From NCBI GenBank assembly GCA_947259165.1, contig CAMYKY010000010.1, positions 34,433-98,432 on the forward strand: 64,000 nucleotides of DNA, in the 5' to 3' direction. Shown here one piece after another: positions 1 through 9,133 of this stretch. Origin of the DNA: an uncultured Acidobacteriota bacterium (GTDB taxonomy: Bacteria; Acidobacteriota; Vicinamibacteria; Marinacidobacterales; SMYC01). Within the stretch, counting starts at the first letter, position 1. Each line of letters opens with the position of its first letter. The translations under genes were made by a program, and so were the position numbers. Below the pieces are notes generated by a model that worked only from the letters and a program-made list of their open reading frames with translations, ran no database searches and was not told the origin of the DNA.

Positions 1-28
1 AACTGCCCGTTCCCGATATTTCGCGGCC

Positions 29-700
29 CTACTCGACCGCGCCGACTTCCCGAGGGGGCCAGATTCGCACAAAGGCTTTGCCGTAGATGTAGCGCTCAGG
101 AACCAGCCCCCAGCTCCGAGAGTCGTTGCTCCCGCGGCGGTTGTCTCCGAGAACGAAATAGTGTCCGGGTCGTATCTCCTGAGCGGCGAAGCCACGGTGG
201 TCGGCATTCTCCGGGAAAACATACGTCTCGGCGATCAAGACTCCATCGACGTAAACGTCCCCGTTGCGAACCTCGACGGTTTCCCCAGGCAGTCCGATGA
301 CGCGCTTGATGAACGAAAGCTCCGGATCTTCCGGGTACCAAAACACGACGACGTCGCTGCGCTCAATATCGGCAAAACGATAGATGAACTTGTTTACCAG
401 AATCCGCTCACCGTCGTGTAGCTCGGGGGACATGCTCGTCCCTTGAACTTTGAATGCCTGGACAACATAGGTAATCAGAAGCACACAAACCACCACCGCG
501 ATCGCGAGATCGTGGAGTAGATCGATGAGTGATTGAAACGGTCGTCCTTTTTCCGGAACGCGCCCATCCGCCCGATCCGCCTCCAGACGCCTCTCCGACT
601 GGAGCGATGCGTCTGGAGAGCTCGTCGCACCCGAATCCGCCGGGGCTCGGTCGCACTCCGCATCCGGTGCAGCGGAATCGGCGGTCGTTGGCGAATCCAC
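29..700 (-). CDS. lepB: signal peptidase I (LepB)
   Basis: ORF 29..991 carries the SPase I boxes GTSMSPEL (Ser box), VVFWYPEDP, IKRVIGLPGE and GDNRRGSNDSRSWG, plus one N-terminal TM helix. The 5' 250 nt overlap the upstream FHA gene and contain no internal ATG, so the true start is probably the in-frame GTG near 700. Confidence 0.85.
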   Translation of the reverse strand: MDSPTTADSAAPDAECDRAPADSGATSSPDASLQSERRLEADRADGRVPEKGRPFQSLIDLLHDLAIAVVVCVLLITYVVQAFKVQGTSMSPELHDGERILVNKFIYRFADIERSDVVVFWYPEDPELSFIKRVIGLPGETVEVRNGDVYVDGVLIAETYVFPENADHRGFAAQEIRPGHYFVLGDNRRGSNDSRSWGLVPERYIYGKAFVRIWPPREVGAVE

Positions 701-741
701 GCCGATTTCGGGTTCGTCGGACTCGGTGCCAATCGGAGTTG

Positions 742-1920
742 TCAAAGTTGCCTCATCACCCGCGTGCCCGCGACGCGGTCGTGGAGTCCACGCTTGTCGT
801 CGGTAAACGCAATCAGAATGAAACCCAATCCGAGTATCAAAGAGCTCGCAAAATACCCTAACACTCTGAGAAAGGCACGCTGAAACCCTATGGGAGAGTC
901 GCCGTCCTCCGTTTGCACCGAAAGCCCCAGAAGACTCTTTCCCGGCGTCGCACCCCGCGCAGCCCAAAAGAAGACGTAATACCCAAGACAAAGCAGAGGG
1001 AACACGATCGACACCGCTGCCAGGCTTCCTTCCGGAACGGGCCTGGGCCCGGTATCCCCGCCGTCAAGAGCGAACGTCCCCCACAAGAGTGTTGCCACGA
1101 GAAGCGGGATCCCGAGGATCATGCTGTCCACCAGGGCTGCAACGAGGCGAATGCCGAATCCGGCGGCCTCCTCCGCGCGTCGAGCGGCGGGGGTCGGTTT
1201 TCCCGGCCGGGGTCTGCCAGCCGCTATCGAAGCCGCGGGTTTGGCGCCACTTTCGGGTGCCTCGCCGAGAAGCTCGGAGCGATTGACTGCCTGAGTCACC
1301 AAACCGCGATCTTTTTTCGGCAGCTCATGGCCGCAATGGCCGCAAAACTCCGCGGGCAGCGGGACGGCTTTGCCGCACGCGGTACAGTTGACACTCGTCT
1401 TTTTATGGAGCTCGCCCCCGCACGCACGGCAGAAGCGGTCGGTGGCCAACGCCTGTTTTCCGCAGGAACGGCAGCTGAGAGTAGCTCCGGCACCGGGTCC
1501 CGCAGCCGGCGAGGAAGACGCGCCCGGCACGACGTCGCCTCCGCCGGGACCTTCCGGGTTGGCCGGATTGGCGCTATCCGCGGCACCAGCCCCCGCCACG
1601 GCGTCCGGTGCCGCTAGTGCGGTCGGTGCATCTTCGAGCTGGAACAGAAGACGCGAGGATCCGATTGCCACCAAATCCCCATCTCGCAGCGTTTTCTCCG
1701 CGTCAACTTTGTCCCCATTGACCAGGGTGCCGTTCGCGCTGTTGTTGTCCCGGAGCACATAGATATCCTCGCGCTGCTCCAAGATCGCGTGCCGGCGCGA
1801 CACCATCGAATCGGAGAGGACGATATCGTTCGAGGGGTCGCGACCGATCGAGATGACCCTCGAGGCAATCGGGATTTCCTTCTTGCTGGCCGAAGTCGGG
1901 TTGATGAAGAGCTTCGCCAC
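742..1920 (-). CDS. FHA domain protein with double zinc-ribbon and C-terminal RDD membrane domain
   Basis: The N-terminus is an FHA fold (ISIGRDPSNDIVLSDSMVSRRHAILE...NGTLVNG). After a Pro/Ala-rich linker come two zinc ribbons (CRSCG..CRACG and CTACG..CGHCGH). The C-terminus is an RDD-type polytopic membrane domain (LVDSMILGIPLL...KRGLHDRVAGTRV). It sits immediately downstream of the Ser/Thr kinase on the same strand. Confidence 0.8.
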   Translation of the reverse strand: MAKLFINPTSASKKEIPIASRVISIGRDPSNDIVLSDSMVSRRHAILEQREDIYVLRDNNSANGTLVNGDKVDAEKTLRDGDLVAIGSSRLLFQLEDAPTALAAPDAVAGAGAADSANPANPEGPGGGDVVPGASSSPAAGPGAGATLSCRSCGKQALATDRFCRACGGELHKKTSVNCTACGKAVPLPAEFCGHCGHELPKKDRGLVTQAVNRSELLGEAPESGAKPAASIAAGRPRPGKPTPAARRAEEAAGFGIRLVAALVDSMILGIPLLVATLLWGTFALDGGDTGPRPVPEGSLAAVSIVFPLLCLGYYVFFWAARGATPGKSLLGLSVQTEDGDSPIGFQRAFLRVLGYFASSLILGLGFILIAFTDDKRGLHDRVAGTRVMRQL

Positions 1921-1926
1921 AGAGCT

Positions 1927-4164
1927 TCACCTTCCCTGCCGGAAACGGAACCGCTGGACCCAGCGAATCTTGACAGGAACGTCGTACTTGGTTGCCGGGT
2001 CCCAACGCCACCGGCCTACCACATCGGTAACCGCCTCGTCGAAAATCTCGCCAGCCGACTCCTGAACTCGGATATCGGTCACGGCCCCGGTCTCGTCGAC
2101 GATGAAACTCAATTCAACGACACCCTCCAGCCCGTCACGCCGCGCACGCTCGGGATAACGCACGGCAGGACACTGGATGCATTCAGGGTCTACGACCCCC
2201 GCGGTGCCCCGCTCAACGAGCTCGCCCACCTCGACTCGCGGAGCCTGGGGTTCGGTGGGCGCCTCCGGAGTCGACGCGACCTCGCCAACCCGTTCGGTCA
2301 AAACCGCCTCCACCTCCACCGTACGTCCCGGGCGGGCGCGCACAGTGTCTTCCCAGGGAAGAAATCCGTCGCGGACGATGCGCAATTTGCGCTCGCCAGC
2401 CTGAACCTGCAGCCGATCCGTCGGTGTGACGCCGACCGCGCGGCCATCGATCTCCACCTGCGCACCGGCAGGGTTGCTGACGACGCGGACGCGCGCAGGC
2501 GGCGGCGGCTTGGGTGGCTCGGGCTGCAGCGTCACTTCGAGTGTGGCAACGGGAGCGTCAATGCTCAGCTCCGCCGTGAGCTCCTCGGACTGAAAGCCTT
2601 CGTGGCGCACCAGAAGATCGTAAGCCGCAAACGGCAGCTCGCCGAGCTCGAGCGGTGTCGTGCCGCGCTCCTCGCCGTCGACGACGACAGTGGCTCCTTC
2701 GGGCCCGCTGGTGATGAACAAGCTTCCGCTCTCGACGACGTCGACGGGCGCAGGCTCGGGGGGGATCACCGGATCCGATTGCTTCTCACCGCTGCCACCG
2801 GCGAGAAAGACAGCCAGGAGCACTACGAGAGCCACAAGCACGGCGCCACCCGCGAGTGCGAGTTTCTTTTGATCGAAGGGAGGCCGACGAGGACTCATTC
2901 CCCCGGAAATTTCCTTGTCGAGGGAGGCCGGCTCCGCTACGTCAACGGCGATGAGAGTCTCGTCAAGTTGGGCACCCGCGTAGAGCGTTTCCTCCGCCTC
3001 CTCGGCGACATAGACCGTTTCCTCTCCCGTGATCGCTGGGAGAGGGACGCTGGCGATAGTCTTCGTGCCATCAACTTCGGGCACGCTCGCTCCTGCGAAC
3101 GTCGCGGTCGCACCTTCGAGAGCCTCATCCCGGTTCGCTGCGGCCGACGGGAGATTGACCGTTTCGTCGCTGGCCGAGCTCTGGGCATCCGCAGCGGGGA
3201 CGAGCGTACCCGTCACCGGAGACGTAGGTTTTTTCGTGTCGGTCGCACTCGGCGCTTTTTCGAGAAAATTCGCCGGGTCTTTGACGATGATCGTCTCGCC
3301 TTCCAGGGCACCAAACCAAGACCCCAAACAGTGCTCGAGCTGCTCGACGAACATCGCCGCAGTCGGGAATCGCTCGAGGGGATCCTTGCTGAGCACCCTC
3401 GAGAAAACCTGATGCCATTTGTCCGGAAGAAGGCCCAAAATCTCGAGACCATCCGGGTGCACGGGATCTGAGTGCACGAGCTTGTACAGAATCGAGGTCA
3501 CGTTGTTGCCCGGAAACGGCTGCTGACCGCTGAGCATTTCGAAGGCCACGACTCCAAGCGAAAAGATATCGGTTCGCCCGTCCAGGTCTTCGCCCATCGC
3601 TTGTTCGGGAGACATATAGCTGGGCGTTCCCATCATCAGTCCGGAGTTCGTCATCTCCGCGTCCATGAGCTTCGCGATCCCGAAATCCGTGACTTTGACC
3701 TTCTCCCCCCCGAAGACGATCACGTTCGAGGGTTTGATGTCGCGATGGATCACGCCTTCGGTGTGCGCGTAGTCCACGGCGGCCGCAATCTGGGAAACGA
3801 GACCGACGACGACTTCTGGGCGGAGCCGCTCCCCCTCGAGTAGCTCGGCGACGGTCTGCCCCTCGACAAACTCCATCGCAAGCCAAGGAACCTGATCTTC
3901 CGTATGCCCGACATCGTACAAAGTGATGATGTTGGGATGGGACAACCGGCCCGCGGTACGCGCCTCCGTTGCGAAGCGCTCGAGAAACGCCTTGTAGTCA
4001 GGGCTCTGGGGAGGCACGTCGAGGCGTAGCGTTTTGACCGCGACGGGCCGTTTGATGAGCGGGTCGAACGCTTTGTAGACCGCGCCCATGGCACCGAAGC
4101 CAACGGCTTCGATGATCTCATAGCGATCGATCTTCTTGGGGATCTCGCCTCTCGATTCGCTCAA
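1927..4164 (-). CDS. transmembrane Ser/Thr protein kinase with two PEGA domains and a TonB C-terminal domain
   Basis: Hanks kinase motifs are present (GFGAMGAVYKA, VAVK, HRDIKPSNVIV, DFG, SPE). One TM helix follows (LALAGGAVLVALVVLLAVFLAGG). Two PEGA-like repeats (ITSGPEGATVVVDGEERGTTP and VVSNPAGAQVEIDGRAVGVTP) and a C-terminal TonB_C-like fold (GLEGVVELSFIVDETGAVTDIRV...KIRWVQRFRF) complete the protein. Confidence 0.85.
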   Translation of the reverse strand: MSESRGEIPKKIDRYEIIEAVGFGAMGAVYKAFDPLIKRPVAVKTLRLDVPPQSPDYKAFLERFATEARTAGRLSHPNIITLYDVGHTEDQVPWLAMEFVEGQTVAELLEGERLRPEVVVGLVSQIAAAVDYAHTEGVIHRDIKPSNVIVFGGEKVKVTDFGIAKLMDAEMTNSGLMMGTPSYMSPEQAMGEDLDGRTDIFSLGVVAFEMLSGQQPFPGNNVTSILYKLVHSDPVHPDGLEILGLLPDKWHQVFSRVLSKDPLERFPTAAMFVEQLEHCLGSWFGALEGETIIVKDPANFLEKAPSATDTKKPTSPVTGTLVPAADAQSSASDETVNLPSAAANRDEALEGATATFAGASVPEVDGTKTIASVPLPAITGEETVYVAEEAEETLYAGAQLDETLIAVDVAEPASLDKEISGGMSPRRPPFDQKKLALAGGAVLVALVVLLAVFLAGGSGEKQSDPVIPPEPAPVDVVESGSLFITSGPEGATVVVDGEERGTTPLELGELPFAAYDLLVRHEGFQSEELTAELSIDAPVATLEVTLQPEPPKPPPPARVRVVSNPAGAQVEIDGRAVGVTPTDRLQVQAGERKLRIVRDGFLPWEDTVRARPGRTVEVEAVLTERVGEVASTPEAPTEPQAPRVEVGELVERGTAGVVDPECIQCPAVRYPERARRDGLEGVVELSFIVDETGAVTDIRVQESAGEIFDEAVTDVVGRWRWDPATKYDVPVKIRWVQRFRFRQGR

Positions 4165-4385
4165 CGGGGTTCTCCGGCCATCCGGAATTGCAACCGGGGC
4201 CGACGGTCAAATTCGGTCAATGGTGCGAGGTAGCTGTCTCGCCACGAGTCAGGATCTATCTCTCCAAGATACAGTTAAGTCACTCTAACATAACCCTTTA
4301 AGGGGTGTCAACGCGACCCATGTAGCGAGCCGCACCGCGGGACGGTATGATAGCCAGGTCCGCGGACCCCCGGAGTTGCCGAGTT

Positions 4386-5987
4386 CCTATGTCACAAGCT
4401 CAATCGCTCGACTATCGCAGCCTTCCTTCCTACAAACCGTTGTTTCTAGACTATCTGCACCGATTCGACGCTTTGTCATCTTTCTTCGCGGGCGATCCGT
4501 TCGAGCCAGAGTCCTGGACGAAAGTGGCTTCCGAGCTCGACGTTGGCAACGCGCGCACCGGCACCGCCGCTCCACTCAAAGCGCTCAACCAGGCACTGGG
4601 TGCGGACGAGCACGCTTTGCGTTCAATCGACGGGCTTGGCGACGGCGCCCTCGCTGTTGTCAGTGGCCAACAGGTTGGGCTTTTCGGCGGCCCGCTCTAT
4701 ACGCTGTACAAAGCGATGAGCTCGGTGCGGTTAGCGCGCGCAGCGGAAGAGCGACTGCAAAAACGAGTCGTCCCAATATTTTGGATGGACGCCGACGACC
4801 ACGATTTCGCCGAGGTGCAAAGCGCCTGGGTGCTCGACCCGTCGTACGATCTCGTTAACCTGCGCTACGAAGGGGGCGACTCCACCGAGAGACTCGCCGT
4901 CGGCGGGCGCAAGCTGTCTCCCGCTATTGAGGCGGTCGTGGATCACGCGGCCCAATCGCTTCCGCAGACCGAGTTCAAGGAAGACGTGCTCTCAGCGCTC
5001 CGCCAAAGCTACTCACCGGGGAAGACGTTGGCAGAAGCGTTTGGCACGTGGCTTTTGCGCATGACGCGCGGTACTGGCCTCGTCGTCGTCGATCCTGCGC
5101 TTCCGGAGCTCAAAGCGATCGGAGCCAGCGTTTTCGAGCGAGAGCTAGCCGGCGGCTCCACGAGCACCCAGTTGGTGCAACAGACAACCGACGAGCTGCT
5201 CGCCCTGGGCTACCACGCGCAAGCGAACGCCTCGGAAACCAACCTGAACTTGTTCTACGCCGACCCGATGCGCAATCCGATCAGCGCCTCAGCGAACGCA
5301 ACGGAAAAAAGTGACCTGGTGCGCCAGCTCCGAGATGAGCCGACCCGGTTCAGCCCGAACGTGTTGCTCCGCCCCGTCTATCAAGACACGCTATTCCCGA
5401 CTCTCGCTTACGTCGCCGGCCCCAACGAGCTCGCCTACTTTGCGCAGCTGAAACGGGTTTACGAGCATTTCGACGTGACCATGCCCCTCATCGCGTCCCG
5501 CACGAGCCTCACGGTCATTGAGCGGCCGCAGGCACGTTTCCTCGATCGCTACGGCGTGGACCTCGTCAAACTCGACTCGGATGACGAGTCCGTGCTCAAC
5601 GACATCGTCCGTGCACAAACTCCACCTCAGCTCGACGAAGATTTGTCCCGCGCCCGGAACTGCATCCAGGACATCACCACCGCTCTCGAGCGAGACCTCA
5701 AGGGTGTCGACGAGTCGCTCGTTCCCGCTGTCAAGTCGACACGGGGAAAGCTATTTCATCATTTGCAAGAACTCGAGACGAAAGCACTTCGTGCGGTCAA
5801 GCGGAAAAACGACACCGTTCGCCAGCAGTTTCTTGCCACGCGCACGGCGCTGTTCCCCGGCTTCGAGATGCAGGAACGGAAATTGTCGCCACTCGGCTAT
5901 TTCAACAAGTATGGCTGGCACTTCGCGTCGATGGTCGAGGACAAGGCGGACCCCGCGCTCAAAGCGCACGCGCTGCTCTATCCTTAA
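4386..5987 (+). CDS. bshC: bacillithiol biosynthesis cysteine-adding enzyme BshC-like (YllA family)
   Basis: About 535 aa, matching BshC in length. It has the conserved N-terminal stretch VVSGQQVGLFGGPLYTLYKA and VAGPNELAYFAQLK, and a C-terminal coiled-coil. The start is taken as ATG 4386 (MSQAQS), which follows a GGAG; the ORF extends upstream to 4347. Confidence 0.55.
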   Translation, partial: PMSQAQSLDYRSLPSYKPLFLDYLHRFDALSSFFAGDPFEPESWTKVASELDVGNARTGTAAPLKALNQALGADEHALRSIDGLGDGALAVVSGQQVGLFGGPLYTLYKAMSSVRLARAAEERLQKRVVPIFWMDADDHDFAEVQSAWVLDPSYDLVNLRYEGGDSTERLAVGGRKLSPAIEAVVDHAAQSLPQTEFKEDVLSALRQSYSPGKTLAEAFGTWLLRMTRGTGLVVVDPALPELKAIGASVFERELAGGSTSTQLVQQTTDELLALGYHAQANASETNLNLFYADPMRNPISASANATEKSDLVRQLRDEPTRFSPNVLLRPVYQDTLFPTLAYVAGPNELAYFAQLKRVYEHFDVTMPLIASRTSLTVIERPQARFLDRYGVDLVKLDSDDESVLNDIVRAQTPPQLDEDLSRARNCIQDITTALERDLKGVDESLVPAVKSTRGKLFHHLQELETKALRAVKRKNDTVRQQFLATRTALFPGFEMQERKLSPLGYFNKYGWHFASMVEDKADPALKAHALLYP

Positions 5988-6057
5988 GCTGTCCCTCGAG
6001 GCCTCTTGTCGGACTAAAGCCGGCCAGACCGGCTGCCGATACAGCTTTGAGCGGAAT

Positions 6058-6258
6058 ATGAGACGAACCCCATCGACAAGAGCCCATGGAGCCACGCCCA
6101 GGGCCTCGCTGGAGCGTGAGCTTCGTTTGACCCGTTTGCGAGACAGCGTGCGGGCGGGTCGCTACCATGTCCCCGCAGATTCTGTCGCCAAGAGTATTCT
6201 CCGGCACCTCGGCACTACGGAACGTGAGGACGAGTCGCTGGCCGCTCAGCAGCGATAG
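6058..6258 (+). CDS. possible FlgM-like anti-sigma-28 factor (short)
   Basis: A 66-aa ORF inside the larger track ORF 5518..6258. Its C-terminus (RLTRLRDSVRAGRYHVPADSVAKSILRHLG) resembles the FlgM consensus (R.A.LK.AI..G.Y.VD..KIA..ML). A FliA-type sigma gene lies 350 nt away. Confidence 0.3.
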   Translation: MRRTPSTRAHGATPRASLERELRLTRLRDSVRAGRYHVPADSVAKSILRHLGTTEREDESLAAQQR

Positions 6259-6542
6259 TCGTAAACCAGTTTGTCGTCTTGAATCGGCCCGAGGATCTCG
6301 TGAACGAACCGCTGGTGCTCGGAGTGGACCTGGTACGCCTCGAGTGCCGCGTCGTCGTCAAACTCCATGACGAGCGCAAGTGGGTGCGATCGCTCGGCTT
6401 TGACCCCGAGCCCCTCACCGACACGCAGATCCCGCACCCCTGGAATAGGGCCGAGAGTTTCTTTGGCCTGCGCGATGAACGCACCGGTATCGGCAGACGA
6501 GATTTCCGGCTTGAGTCGAATAAGAACTACATGGCAAATCAT
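6246..6542 (-). CDS. Dabb-family stress-responsive alpha/beta-barrel protein
   Basis: About 98 aa from MICHVVLIRLKPE. The ferredoxin-like Dabb pattern is visible (HVVLIRLK...LGPIPGVRDLRVGE...ALVMEFDD..ALEAYQVHSEHQRF). Confidence 0.6.
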   Translation of the reverse strand: MICHVVLIRLKPEISSADTGAFIAQAKETLGPIPGVRDLRVGEGLGVKAERSHPLALVMEFDDDAALEAYQVHSEHQRFVHEILGPIQDDKLVYDYRC

Positions 6543-6608
6543 GCGCGCACCTCGGAAGAAAGAATACCCCATTGGAGGCAGAGGGTCCGATGAGCGCGAC
6601 TCCCGCGG

Positions 6609-7334
6609 CTACGCCGTGCGAGCGAGTACGGCGATGGGTCTCGGGTGCAGGTGCGCCGTGAGTCGCGAACGGAGTGTCCGAACTGCCTTGGTGTGGATCT
6701 GAGAAACGCGCGACTCGTTGACACCGAGAACGTCTCCGATTTCCTTCATCGTCAGCTCTTCGTGATAGTACAGAGTCATTACCAGCCGCTCCCGCTCGCC
6801 CAGCCTCTCGACGGCGCTCGCGAGCAGGGCAATGAGCTCCCGCCGCTCGAGCAAATCATGAGGGTCGCTACCCTTGGGATCGCGCACGAAGACGTCGATG
6901 TCATCGACCCCTTCGACACGTTCGGCCCTCACCTCCGCACGGCGGACTTCCTCGACGATTTTGCGAAGCCGGGTCGTGGACAGCTCGAGCTCGGTGGCAA
7001 GCTCCTCGTCGCTCGGTGCTCGTCCCAGGAGACACTCGAGTCTCGCCGACGCTGCGTCGAGCTCACGACGTCGACGACGCACCGAGCGCGGTAACCAGTC
7101 GAGAGCACGGAGACTATCGAGAATCGAGCCACGGATCCGAAGCTCGGCGTACGTCCAAAAACGCACGCCTTTGCTGACATCGTACTTGGCGGCAGCGTCG
7201 AGCAGGCCGAGAAAACCGGCCTGGGTCAAGTCGCAAAGCTCCACCTGCGACGGCAGCCGGCTCGCGACATGAAGTGCCACCCGCCGAACCAGCGGCAAGT
7301 ACTCCTGAACCATGGCCTGTTTGCTTGCGTTCAT
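6609..7334 (-). CDS. fliA: RNA polymerase sigma factor, FliA/WhiG (sigma-28) family
   Basis: Region 2 (LPLVRRVALHVASRL...DLTQAGFLGLLDAAAKYD...FWTYAELRIRGSILDSLRALDWLPRSVRRR), region 3 and region 4 HTH (LTMKEIGDVLGVNESRVSQIHTKAVRTLR) are all recognisable. The start is taken at MNASKQ, inside the longer track ORF. Confidence 0.8.
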   Translation of the reverse strand: MNASKQAMVQEYLPLVRRVALHVASRLPSQVELCDLTQAGFLGLLDAAAKYDVSKGVRFWTYAELRIRGSILDSLRALDWLPRSVRRRRRELDAASARLECLLGRAPSDEELATELELSTTRLRKIVEEVRRAEVRAERVEGVDDIDVFVRDPKGSDPHDLLERRELIALLASAVERLGERERLVMTLYYHEELTMKEIGDVLGVNESRVSQIHTKAVRTLRSRLTAHLHPRPIAVLARTA

Positions 7335-7522
7335 CGTGACGTATTTTCCGGGGTGTTTGCGGCGCGCAGTGGTGTGTTGCAAGAAAACTGCCAGCAACCA
7401 AAGCTCATGAAATGAGCTACTTGGACCTGGGGATGGGGGCAAGTTCCCCTAGGGGCGTGTTAAAACTTTAAACCCGCTGAGAATCCAGCACACCGATCCC
7501 CACTGCTGAAACGGTGACCTTT

Positions 7523-7611
7523 CGTGCCCGTGTCCGCGTGCGTGCCCGTGCCCGATAAATCTTGGTCACGGGTTTTCCTGTGAGTGCTTTTCTTGGTCGG
7601 GCACGGGCACG
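7523..7611. repeat. hexamer-TIR element, copy A: (GTGCCC/GTGTCC)n left arm and (GGGCAC)2 right arm
   Basis: Left arm cgtgcccgtgtccgcgtgcgtgcccgtgcccg, a 44-nt AT-richer core, then right arm cgggcacgggcacg. It sits between the symporter stop and the fliA start. Confidence 0.7.
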
Positions 7612-7620
7612 AAAAGCCAG

Positions 7621-8841
7621 CTACGGCGGCGTCAATTCATGCTCAGCAGCCCCGACCCAGGTCGCGTTCACCAGCTGGCCTACTAGATTCGTCGACGAGC
7701 GCAGCATGTCCAGGGGACGTTCGACACCGAGCACGAGCGCCGCGCCTTCGATCGGAAGTCCTAGGGCGGCGAGAAGGATCGTCAAATTGACGAAGCTCGC
7801 CGCCGGAACGGGCGCTACCGCGAGCGAAGACAGCATCGCGGTCACGATCAAGCTCGTCAAGCCCTGGGCTCCCAATGAGGCGCCGTAGACTTGCGCAATG
7901 AACAACACCGAGATGGCTTGATAGATAGCACTGCCGTCCCGGCCAATCGCCGCACCCAAAGGCAGCACGAAGCTCGCGACTCGTGACGAGAGCCCCATAC
8001 TCTTTTCCATAGCCGCCATCGAGACGGGAAGGGCTGCGGCGGTCGAACAGGTCGCAAAGGTGATCAGAAGCGGCGGCTTCGCCGCGTCGAGGAAACGACC
8101 CACACTCTGCCGCGCCACCACCCGCAGCATCACTCCGTACACGACAACGATATGAACAACGAGCGCGAGCACGACGACACCGGCGTAAGCAGAAAGACTC
8201 CAGAGAATCGAGAGGCCCGATCGACCGACGACCGCAGCCATCAAACCGAAGACACCGAACGGTGCGAGCTGCAAGATCCAACCGGTGATCTTGACGAACA
8301 TCTCCGCAACGCTTCGCGAGAGATCAACGACAGGCTTGCGCTTATCAGCAGGGAGCGCACTCGCGGCAAGACCGACGAGAATCGAGACGAGCAAAACTTG
8401 AACGACGTTGCCCTCGACCGCCGCTCGGATTGGATTATCGGGAACGATACCAACGAGCGTGTCGACGAGAGACTCTCGCGGCGCATCCGGATCCACGTCT
8501 GGAACTTCCTGGCCTTCGAGAAGGCTCGCACGCGCAGCAGCCGACATCGTCGTTCCTGGGCTCAACAACGACCCGATCGAAATCCCGATGATCAGAGCGA
8601 GGAACAGACTGACGAGAATGAATCCGAACGCCCGCAGCCCCATCCGCCCCAACGCTGCCCGTCCTGGTAATCCGGCTATCGCCACGACGAGAGACGCCGC
8701 AACCAAAGGAACGATCACCATCCGAATGAGCTTGATGAACAGCGTCCCCAAGGGCTCGAGGATGGAGGCGGCTTCGCCGAAATACGCACCGACGAGGACA
8801 CCGGCAACGAGCCCAATCGCGACGCGGTTGTGAATCTTCAA
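7621..8841 (-). CDS. dicarboxylate/amino acid:cation (Na+/H+) symporter, DAACS family (GltP-like)
   Basis: Eight or more TM segments with characteristic DAACS motifs (PLVAASLVVAIAGL, VVDLSRSVAEMF, AIGRDGSAIYQAISVLFIAQVYG, MLRSSTNLVGQ). The start is placed at TTG 8841 (LKIHNRVAIG); the track ORF runs to ATG 8991. Confidence 0.8.
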   Translation of the reverse strand: MKIHNRVAIGLVAGVLVGAYFGEAASILEPLGTLFIKLIRMVIVPLVAASLVVAIAGLPGRAALGRMGLRAFGFILVSLFLALIIGISIGSLLSPGTTMSAAARASLLEGQEVPDVDPDAPRESLVDTLVGIVPDNPIRAAVEGNVVQVLLVSILVGLAASALPADKRKPVVDLSRSVAEMFVKITGWILQLAPFGVFGLMAAVVGRSGLSILWSLSAYAGVVVLALVVHIVVVYGVMLRVVARQSVGRFLDAAKPPLLITFATCSTAAALPVSMAAMEKSMGLSSRVASFVLPLGAAIGRDGSAIYQAISVLFIAQVYGASLGAQGLTSLIVTAMLSSLAVAPVPAASFVNLTILLAALGLPIEGAALVLGVERPLDMLRSSTNLVGQLVNATWVGAAEHELTPP

Positions 8842-9133
8842 ACTGGCCGGAGCGTAGCATGATCGGCATTTCGCCGTGAGGGCAGCTTCGACGGAGCCCG
8901 GACGATATCTCACTCCTTCGAAGAGGTCCGATGCGGACGATTCAGCATTCGGTTTCACCACGGAGTCACGGAGAGCACGACGCGAGGACAACCCTTTTCT
9001 CTATGATCCGCCGAGACTCCGCGGTGAAATCGGCGGGCCATTGGGGAGGCGAAATGCGCACTCCACGGGGTCAAGCAAACCGTTCTTTGCTTGGATCTTG
9101 CGCGAGTGCGGAGAAGTTGTTATCACCACTAAT

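Noticed and set aside
1789-3471. 560-aa ORF on the plus strand antisense to the Ser/Thr kinase gene
   Set aside because: Arg/Gly-rich low-complexity translation typical of an antisense frame in high-GC DNA. The opposite strand carries unmistakable kinase motifs.
3125-3886. 253-aa alternative-frame ORF within the kinase gene
   Set aside because: Arg-rich and overlaps the conserved kinase catalytic loop in another frame.
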